From positions 1 through 41,032 of the IMG/VR virus record IMGVR_UViG_3300045988_116178: 41,032 nucleotides of DNA, one strand, 5' to 3'. Shown piece by piece: positions 34,537 to 40,286 of the stretch. How positions within the stretch are numbered: position 1 is the stretch's first letter; each line of letters starts with the position of its first letter. The translations under genes and the position numbers were made by a program. Under the pieces are notes generated by a model. The model was not told where the DNA came from. It made no database searches and was given only the letters and a program-made list of their open reading frames with translations. The DNA comes from a virus.

Positions 34537-35309
34537 AGCCCGGTTAGCCCGGCCCCCGCCGGGCGCAAAACCTGCACCCCACACAAGCCCACAAACCCTC
34601 ACGCAGCCGTTAAGGGGTCTAGAAGGCGATCTGAGCCACTTTCGGCCCGAACCTGCCCACACATGCCACCCCACCCCTGAAAGGCCGTTAGAGACGCTTA
34701 CAGAGCGTTCTACGCCCACGGCCCGCGCAGGCAGGCAGCGAGCATCCGCGAGCGCCACCCAAACCAACCCCACACCCACGCGACCATAGGATCACGCCGT
34801 GCGCCCTATGCTCCTAACAGCTAACACCAAAACTAACACGAGTTAGTAGCCCCTCTAACAGCCTTTCACACCCAGCCTAGACATGGACACACAAACATAC
34901 ATAAAAGCCCGCCAGAACACCATACAGACAATCCAGCACCAGAACCAACAACCCGGCACCCCCACGCGCCCGCGAGCGCCCCCTGCCCACAACGCACACA
35001 CAACGCAACACACCCTTAGCCGACACGAGCACCCCACACCCAGCGCCCACACCAGCACCGAACACGCATAAACTCTCACCCAAAAAAGTCTGGAAATGCC
35101 GGCGAGTTTTTTTGCTAAGACGTTGCGGCGAAGGGGGTTTTGGGTGGTTTTGGGTGTATGCCCCGGTGTTTTTGTCAAGTGGGTTGTGTGTGTTTTGGGT
35201 GTGGGGTTGGTCTCTTTTTTGTGGTTTGTGCTTGGCTTGGTTTGTGTATTTTTATTCGTGTTTGTTTATGGTTATGTTGGTAGTGGTTTGGTATTGTGTT
35301 GGTAAACGT

Positions 35310-35469
35310 TTTGTGTTTGTCAAGTTGTTTCATTATGTGAGGTGGCTTTGCTTTGTTTGGTTGGTTGTGGTATTGTCGCGCGCTTTGTTGCTCATGGTTT
35401 TTTGTGTTTGTCAAGTGTGTTCATATTCTGAGACGGGCTTGCTAGATCACTTTGGTTTGTGTTTGTCAA
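35310..35469 (+). repeat. Three copies of the 14-mer TTTGTGTTTGTCAA, each with a conserved downstream CAYTAT box
   Basis: Exact copies at 35310-35323, 35401-35414 and 35456-35469, plus a degenerate copy at 35167-35179. Downstream boxes are CATTAT, CATATT and CACTAT, 8-9 nt after each copy. Confidence 0.85.
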
Positions 35470-35570
35470 TAGCATCTCACTATGTGAACGTGGTTTGCGT
35501 TTTTGGGTTTGTTGTGTTATGATGCGCTCTTTTTGTTTTTGTGATGTTGGTTACATTTGCTTTGCGTGTG

Positions 35571-35599
35571 TTGACATTCGTTTTTGGTTGTGGTATTCA
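35571..35599 (+). promoter_or_regulatory. Putative early promoter TTGACA-17-TATTCA with TG extension
   Basis: TTGACA at 35571-35576, a 17-nt spacer, and tggTATTCA ending at 35599. Confidence 0.6.
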
Positions 35600-35632
35600 C
35601 GCGCGCGCGCGTTTAATAATAAGGTATAGGCG

Positions 35633-35648
35633 TGTGACCTAGTTCACA
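35633..35648. promoter_or_regulatory. Perfect TGTGA-N6-TCACA palindrome (CRP/GlxR-type site); also a hairpin plus T5
   Basis: TGTGACCTAGTTCACA. The flanking cg/cg extend the stem to 7 bp, followed by TTTTT at 35651-35655. Confidence 0.5.
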
Positions 35649-35653
35649 CGTTT

Positions 35654-35685
35654 TTGACTTGACTAGGCGAGCAGACTGATATACT
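35654..35685 (+). promoter_or_regulatory. Possible promoter: overlapping TTGACT boxes plus TATACT
   Basis: TTGACT at 35654-35659 and 35659-35664, and TATACT at 35680-35685. Spacers of 20 or 15 nt are both non-optimal. Confidence 0.4.
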
Positions 35686-35739
35686 CTATATATGTCAGCA
35701 AGGGACGGGCCCTACTGACCGGATAGAGAGAGTGTGAAA

Positions 35740-36090
35740 ATGGAAATCGTCCTATCGCTCAGCACTAAAGGCGCACTGGCTACCAGCGCGGCCGATATTA
35801 GGATGCTTGCGGAGGGATGCGAATCGCTTCCCTACACTAGCTATCGCGGTTGCGCTGAGCGCGCAACCTATGTCCTGCTTTTGAAGCACGCGAAAAATGC
35901 TGCTGTCTGTCTTGACGCGCTGTCTCGCTTCCGTAGCGACGTCTCGCTTTTGCTTCCTGCTCTCAAATTTGAGATTATGCGTGCGCTAACGCTGTACAAC
36001 TGCATGCAGGATGGTGGGCTTGCGAATCAACTCAGGTCACGTCTCTTGTGTGCTCAGGAATGCGTGGAAGCTATCGGCAAGGGAGAGTGA
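35740..36090 (+). CDS. Hypothetical early protein
   Basis: First ORF of the rightward arm. ATG at 35740 (the formal GTG at 35734 is an alternative). Weak GAGAGAG RBS. Confidence 0.7.
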   Translation: MEIVLSLSTKGALATSAADIRMLAEGCESLPYTSYRGCAERATYVLLLKHAKNAAVCLDALSRFRSDVSLLLPALKFEIMRALTLYNCMQDGGLANQLRSRLLCAQECVEAIGKGE

Positions 36091-36110
36091 TAGTTTTAAT
36101 TCTTGAAAGC

Positions 36111-36162
36111 TTCCCCGCCTTAATGGCAAGTTTTGATGTTGGTTCGATCCCATCGCGGGGAA
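36111..36162 (+). other. tRNA-like minihelix element E1 (acceptor stem plus canonical T arm, no anticodon arm)
   Basis: ttccccgc (36111-36118) pairs with gcggggaa (36155-36162). The T arm gttgg-TTCGATC-ccatc (36138-36154) abuts the 3' acceptor strand. A mini arm ctt-aatggc-aag is also present. Confidence 0.4.
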
Positions 36163-36203
36163 CGATGGCTCAGAGAATGTGAGCTAACACACAATAGAAT
36201 AAC

Positions 36204-36232
36204 TTGACAAGTCGAAACTGTTGAGTTATTCT
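36204..36232 (+). promoter_or_regulatory. Putative promoter TTGACA-17-TATTCT
   Basis: TTGACA at 36204-36209, exact 17-nt spacer, TATTCT at 36227-36232. Embedded in the 9-bp inverted repeat agaataact/agttattct. Confidence 0.65.
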
Positions 36233-36284
36233 TAATACATGAGCTAATCAGTGTGGTTAGCTACTGGATATCTCAGTTAGGGAG

Positions 36285-36722
36285 ATGTTGAAATTGGCAC
36301 GACAGAGTGACATTATGGACAAGGCCGTTTGCGACTTCGTACGACGTTTTGAGAATGAGGGAATTATTCAAGGCGTGAAGCGATGCGGAATGAATTTGGA
36401 CGTTTACGCACCTACCCCTTGCGCAGCGCTTGAGTGTGGCGTTTTGGTTATGGACAGTTACGAGACGCCTATTGCCCGCGTGAACCTTGGTGAGCGTGAT
36501 GAAAACGGATACTGCAAGGTCGAACTGTCTGCATACTATTACAATTACAGCGTTACGACTTCTCGCCACTTGACCTACTTCCTTAGTGCGTTGCGTAAGG
36601 CGGGCGTTATCGGGATGAATGTTTTTGAGCGTCGCGCCAAGCGTTACGATGTTGAGCAGCGCGCTATTGAAGCGCTGCGCGCCAACGGTGACAACCGCTA
36701 TACTACGTGGTTCACACTCTGA
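36285..36722 (+). CDS. Hypothetical early protein
   Basis: 145-aa ORF. Start uncertain: the ATG at 36285 abuts GGGAG, and the ATG at 36315 is an alternative. Confidence 0.7.
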   Translation: MLKLARQSDIMDKAVCDFVRRFENEGIIQGVKRCGMNLDVYAPTPCAALECGVLVMDSYETPIARVNLGERDENGYCKVELSAYYYNYSVTTSRHLTYFLSALRKAGVIGMNVFERRAKRYDVEQRAIEALRANGDNRYTTWFTL

Positions 36723-36734
36723 TCTTATTGGTTA

Positions 36735-36793
36735 TCCCGCGTTTGATAACCTACCTGAAAAATGGTGGCTTGGGTTTAATTCCCAAGGCGGGA
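36735..36793 (+). other. tRNA-like element E2 (related to E1)
   Basis: tcccgc (36735-36740) pairs with gcggga (36788-36793). The hairpin cttggg-tttaatt-cccaag (36769-36787) abuts the 3' strand. Shares GCGGG(G)AACGAT and the downstream CTTGACAA with E1. Confidence 0.3.
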
Positions 36794-36812
36794 ACGATCA
36801 CACAAAAAAGAC

Positions 36813-36841
36813 TTGACAACCTACAGTAGACACAGTAAACT
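36813..36841 (+). promoter_or_regulatory. Putative promoter TTGACA-17-TAAACT
   Basis: TTGACA at 36813-36818, exact 17-nt spacer, TAAACT at 36836-36841. Confidence 0.65.
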
Positions 36842-36913
36842 TATAGGCATAAGGGAACAGCGAATTAAGGCAAACGGCCTTATCCCTTACATTCACAGAA
36901 AGACGAAAGACAA

Positions 36914-37402
36914 ATGAGCTTCAAGACATTCACCGAAGAACAAACCAAGGAAGCCCAAACATTCATTGACGAATACAAGGCGACACTCTATAAAGCGTTT
37001 GAGTACATTCTTGAAAATTGGTACGATTACGACGCGGGAGACCTGAAGCCATTCCTAACCGACTACGCAGCGGAGGACGTGGCAGATGTGATCTATGAAG
37101 AAGCGGAACAATTTACCCAAGAGTGGCACATTCCCGAAACGGTAGCCGACTACCTAGCTCACACGAATTTTGGGCTCTGCGGCTCAACGCCTTTCGACTG
37201 GCTAGTTGAGGCAGCATTAGACTCAGAGAATGAAGAAGAGATGAACGACGCGGTGGCGCGCTGCATCCTGTGGGGATGCATGGCAACACAGGTTATTGAG
37301 GACTTTCTAACGAATGTTACCGTGACCATCTACGACATGAACGCTGAAATTGGCCGTGAATATGCAGAAGGATGGGGGGTAGCTGTAAAGCTGTTCGCAT
37401 GA
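36914..37402 (+). CDS. Hypothetical acidic early protein
   Basis: 162-aa ORF, visibly Asp/Glu-rich. Confidence 0.8.
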   Translation: MSFKTFTEEQTKEAQTFIDEYKATLYKAFEYILENWYDYDAGDLKPFLTDYAAEDVADVIYEEAEQFTQEWHIPETVADYLAHTNFGLCGSTPFDWLVEAALDSENEEEMNDAVARCILWGCMATQVIEDFLTNVTVTIYDMNAEIGREYAEGWGVAVKLFA

Positions 37403-37411
37403 CATAGACGC

Positions 37412-37450
37412 GGTTAGCCCGTGCAGATCAGTTTCTCACACGGGCTAACC
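37412..37450 (+). promoter_or_regulatory. Perfect 12-bp stem, 15-nt loop intergenic hairpin
   Basis: ggttagcccgtg (37412-37423) pairs with cacgggctaacc (37439-37450). No U-tract follows. Confidence 0.45.
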
Positions 37451-37500
37451 AAACCAAGACAAAAAACAATTCCCATAAACCAAGAATTGAGGAACACAAA

Positions 37501-37995
37501 ATGGGAACTAACAGCAAGACATATGCAGACTACATTGAAGAACGCGATAAGCTGATTGATCTAGCGTTAGGCGCATTGGACACCGACAGCCTACCTGAGA
37601 TTAACGATCAGTTAATTGAGCTCGCTAACCAAGCTATCGCAGCTGGGTATGGTGATCGTATTGAAGCAGACCGAGACTACATCCCAACACAGATCACAAT
37701 ACACGCATCTGTTGAAGATGCAGTAAGGGCCTATGTGAAAGCGGGAGAGACCGGCAACATTTACCACGATAAGACTCTGGACATCTACATATTGGACTTG
37801 TCAGACCGGGACTTGCAGGGGTGGCTAGCCTACTTTGGACTCACGCTATGGGGAGACGCGGAACAGCCTAACGATGTCGTAGTTAACATGATTAACGCTA
37901 TTGGCAGCCTTGGGACCATCCCCGAAGCTGAAGACTATCTAGACCTGTCCCGTATTGACGTGGTTAACGCTAAGCGCTTGACAATTGAGGACTGA
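37501..37995 (+). CDS. Hypothetical acidic early protein
   Basis: 164-aa ORF with a GAGGA RBS inside a 19-nt leader shared with gene 38268. Confidence 0.8.
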   Translation: MGTNSKTYADYIEERDKLIDLALGALDTDSLPEINDQLIELANQAIAAGYGDRIEADRDYIPTQITIHASVEDAVRAYVKAGETGNIYHDKTLDIYILDLSDRDLQGWLAYFGLTLWGDAEQPNDVVVNMINAIGSLGTIPEAEDYLDLSRIDVVNAKRLTIED

Positions 37996-38001
37996 GCTAT
38001 T

Positions 38002-38178
38002 ATGGCAACATTCATGCAACTATTGGAAATACTGTTAGCTTTCATCTTCTGGCTATTGAACTTCCTGAGAATCGGACTCATTGGAATTCTGTTCGCTATG
38101 CCAATTAGCCTAGCAACAGCCTGGTTCCTAGCGAAACACCCGAACGCTAACCCGTTTGACAACCATAAGCAATACTGA
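38002..38178 (+). CDS. 58-aa two-helix membrane protein (below the ORF-track cutoff)
   Basis: ATG at 38002 lies about 11 nt after GAGGA. Translation MATFMQLLEILLAFIFWLLNFLRIGLIGILFAMPISLATAWFLAKHPNANPFDNHKQY. Confidence 0.5.
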   Translation: MATFMQLLEILLAFIFWLLNFLRIGLIGILFAMPISLATAWFLAKHPNANPFDNHKQY

Positions 38179-38184
38179 TAAGCT
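38156..38184 (+). promoter_or_regulatory. Putative promoter TTGACA-17-TAAGCT
   Basis: TTGACA at 38156-38161, exact 17-nt spacer, TAAGCT at 38179-38184. Overlaps the end of the small ORF. Confidence 0.5.
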
Positions 38185-38186
38185 AA

Positions 38187-38240
38187 GACCATAGGCGACA
38201 TTGAAGAATAGGAAACATTGAAATACTGTCGCCTATGGTC
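38187..38240 (+). promoter_or_regulatory. Perfect 14-bp stem, 26-nt loop hairpin at the predicted 5' end of the transcript
   Basis: gaccataggcgaca (38187-38200) pairs with tgtcgcctatggtc (38227-38240). Confidence 0.5.
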
Positions 38241-38267
38241 ACTCACAAAGAATTGAGGAACACAAAA

Positions 38268-38873
38268 ATGGAAACCCCCGAAACCACTGACTACCTGATC
38301 ATTGCACACATGCAAGTCCCCATCAACACGCGATACAACCTTAAACCCATGTCAATGTTCATCCCCAAGGATATGCACGTTAGCGAGTTTATCCAGTACG
38401 TTTGTGAGGATTCATACACGTTTGACGAGTTGGAAGATCTGGCTATGCCTGATGCTGCTGAGAAGCGACGCGACTACGGGCTCTCATACGATCGTATCAT
38501 GTTTGTGCTGACAGCTGGACGGTTTATTGAACAACTCGCACAAACGTTGCCAGAAGTCCCCGCATTGACAGAGTACGCTTTGAAGGAAATGGGGATCACC
38601 TTGGAGCGCGTTCCGTTCCTGATTACCAAGGATACAGAATTTATCTTTGAGGAAGACGGAGTAATGACCACTGAAGTGTATGCTAACTTCATTTTCGGTT
38701 GGTATACTGAGTGCCTGTCATGCCTGATGCAGGATTACAGTATTGCGACTTCCTATCTTCCTACTGGCGACTATGGCCTGTTGGAAATGATGAATCTGTT
38801 CCTGTGGGAGCGTGGAATGTGGGAGATGGGCGAGAAATTGCAGCTTCCCAAGTTCAATATTCGATTCAACTGA
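38268..38873 (+). CDS. Hypothetical acidic early protein
   Basis: The ATG at 38268 is preceded by the same 19-nt leader (aagaattgaggaacacaaa) as gene 37501. The ORF-track start at 38235 lies inside the hairpin. Confidence 0.8.
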   Translation: METPETTDYLIIAHMQVPINTRYNLKPMSMFIPKDMHVSEFIQYVCEDSYTFDELEDLAMPDAAEKRRDYGLSYDRIMFVLTAGRFIEQLAQTLPEVPALTEYALKEMGITLERVPFLITKDTEFIFEEDGVMTTEVYANFIFGWYTECLSCLMQDYSIATSYLPTGDYGLLEMMNLFLWERGMWEMGEKLQLPKFNIRFN

Positions 38874-38900
38874 CCTGACATTCTGAGAGGGCGACTTACA

Positions 38901-39155
38901 GTGCGGAATTTTGATCTGATTATTGAGACCGACCGTCCCGACGTTATCGAGACCATTGTAAACGCGGTATTGGCCTTGGACAACACTGTCTGGCAGGATC
39001 AGACACTGAAGGCAACTGCAGTGGTTCCTGACAGTACGGGAGAGCCTGTGTTCAGGCAGCTTGCGGGAGATGTTGACACTGTGGACTTTGAGCCTGTATA
39101 TTCTACTCATAGTGATGGTTGGTCGTCGTTCAACACTGTTGAAGATGAATACTAA
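38901..39155 (+). CDS. Hypothetical small protein
   Basis: GTG at 38901 lies about 10 nt after GAGAGGG. 84 aa. Confidence 0.6.
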   Translation: MRNFDLIIETDRPDVIETIVNAVLALDNTVWQDQTLKATAVVPDSTGEPVFRQLAGDVDTVDFEPVYSTHSDGWSSFNTVEDEY

Positions 39156-39549
39156 TCTTATTGAAAGAATGGACATGAAAATGAGTGACAACGGTTACAC
39201 TATTGAAACCAGGGAGCGACTGAATGAGGCGACACGCAAGCTGAAAGTAAAAGTTGACCACTATCGAGACGTGGTTCCGCTTACGCAGGCGGGGATCGAA
39301 AAGTGTTTGAATCTCCCCGACGACTGGGACGCTCAGGCAGTGGAAGAAAACTGGACTACAGCAACAGAAGTACTGCTGGCAGTTCCGCTGGCATGTCAAC
39401 TGGGGAAACAGACTCTCTACAGGCGCCGGGGTATTGAAGCTGTTACGCTTATCATCCAGTTGGATGACACGGTGGAAGCAGTAAACAACTTTGAGGACGC
39501 GCTAAGGGATGCAGTCAACGAAAACGAACAGGAGAAAACCGATGACTGA
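39145..39549 (+). CDS. Hypothetical protein
   Basis: ORF frame is clear but the start is ambiguous (ATG at 39145, 39169, 39175 or 39181). The ORF-track start at 39061 overlaps the previous gene. Confidence 0.6.
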   Translation: MNTNLIERMDMKMSDNGYTIETRERLNEATRKLKVKVDHYRDVVPLTQAGIEKCLNLPDDWDAQAVEENWTTATEVLLAVPLACQLGKQTLYRRRGIEAVTLIIQLDDTVEAVNNFEDALRDAVNENEQEKTDD

Positions 39550-39910
39550 ATTTCAGAGTATTGACTTCCAGACCTACACGGCAGTCCAAGAAGCAATCGC
39601 CGTATTGACCGAAGTGGACAAACTACCTTTCAGAGTGTCGAAAATGGGGAGCGGCCTAGCGGCGGCATACGCGGCACGGTTGCGTGAGCTGGCCGAAACG
39701 CCGGTGAGCGACGAAGATAACACGCCTTCTATTGACAGTATTAGGGCGGTGTGTGGTAAGATTACTGACATGCTACAGGTCCTTAAGTGGATGTGGGAAA
39801 CGCTGCTAGTTGTAGCAGATGCTTACGATTACACGATACGCGAAGCAATTGACGTGCTGGAAACAGTGAACCGCGTAGCACTTGACCCCAACCCCGACAA
39901 CAAGAACTAG
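39542..39910 (+). CDS. Hypothetical protein
   Basis: ATG at 39542 lies 8 nt after GGAG and overlaps the upstream stop (ATGACTGA). Confidence 0.75.
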   Translation: MTEFQSIDFQTYTAVQEAIAVLTEVDKLPFRVSKMGSGLAAAYAARLRELAETPVSDEDNTPSIDSIRAVCGKITDMLQVLKWMWETLLVVADAYDYTIREAIDVLETVNRVALDPNPDNKN

Positions 39911-39932
39911 CTGAATTCTGGAGGAACATGTT

Positions 39933-40286
39933 ATGACACAAACTGAACAGCTGGACAAGCTGAACATGCTGGCAGAAGCGCTATCTGCCCTATTGAACGT
40001 GTACCGAGAGGACATTAAGGGTATTCTGTTTATGGAGATCGTTGACGACGGTATGCCAGACTGTTGGACGTTCCATAATGTTGGTACCCGTGGCGATACG
40101 TGGCTTAGCGTAGTACGGGAAGCGCGGGCGCGCGTCGATATTGACGAAGGACTGGAAAAGGGTGACACGGCGTGTAGCCGGGCGCGTAAGCGGCACTTAC
40201 AGGCCATTTCAGTGGTCGCAGACGAGCTTGCTTGGGTTTTGGATAGGCTTACATGCGACATTGAGGCGACAGGGGAAGAAGAATGA
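39933..40286 (+). CDS. Hypothetical protein
   Basis: 117 aa with a GGAGG RBS. Confidence 0.8.
   Translation: MTQTEQLDKLNMLAEALSALLNVYREDIKGILFMEIVDDGMPDCWTFHNVGTRGDTWLSVVREARARVDIDEGLEKGDTACSRARKRHLQAISVVADELAWVLDRLTCDIEATGEEE

Noticed and set aside
35082-35113. The A6 ... T7 motif as a bidirectional rho-independent terminator
   Set aside because: The 19 nt between the runs contain only the 6-bp palindrome GCCGGC, with no loop and no stable stem. It is kept only as a marker of the skew switch.
34451-35178. ORFs 34451-34789 (+), 34477-34779 (-), 34855-35178 (-), 34877-35083 (-) and 34883-35071 (+) in the CT, GC and AC blocks
   Set aside because: The translations are low-complexity (poly-S/L/F, P/T/H-rich or G/V/C/W-rich), they overlap on both strands, and none has an RBS. 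They are explained by the biased composition.
35309-35483. The TTTGTGTTTGTCAA units as ordinary sigma-70-type promoters
   Set aside because: The spacing from TTGTCA to the CAYTAT box is 8-9 nt instead of 16-18. At 17 nt downstream there is no conserved -10. On the minus strand the perfect TTGACA has no -10 partner. They are kept as repeats of unknown role.
35096-35522. ORFs 35096-35305 (69 aa) and 35112-35522 (136 aa), encoding extremely hydrophobic W/F/V/C/G/L proteins
   Set aside because: They lie in the ~84% G+T block, where stop codons (all of which need A) are rare by composition alone. There is no convincing RBS, and the ORFs run through the 14-mer repeats. They are most likely composition artefacts.
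36111-36162. E1 as a genuine tRNA gene or as an attP core derived from a tRNA 3' end
   Set aside because: About 51 nt is too short for a functional cloverleaf, since there is no anticodon arm. No integrase or recombinase is present in the genome to use an attP. It is kept as a tRNA-like element only.
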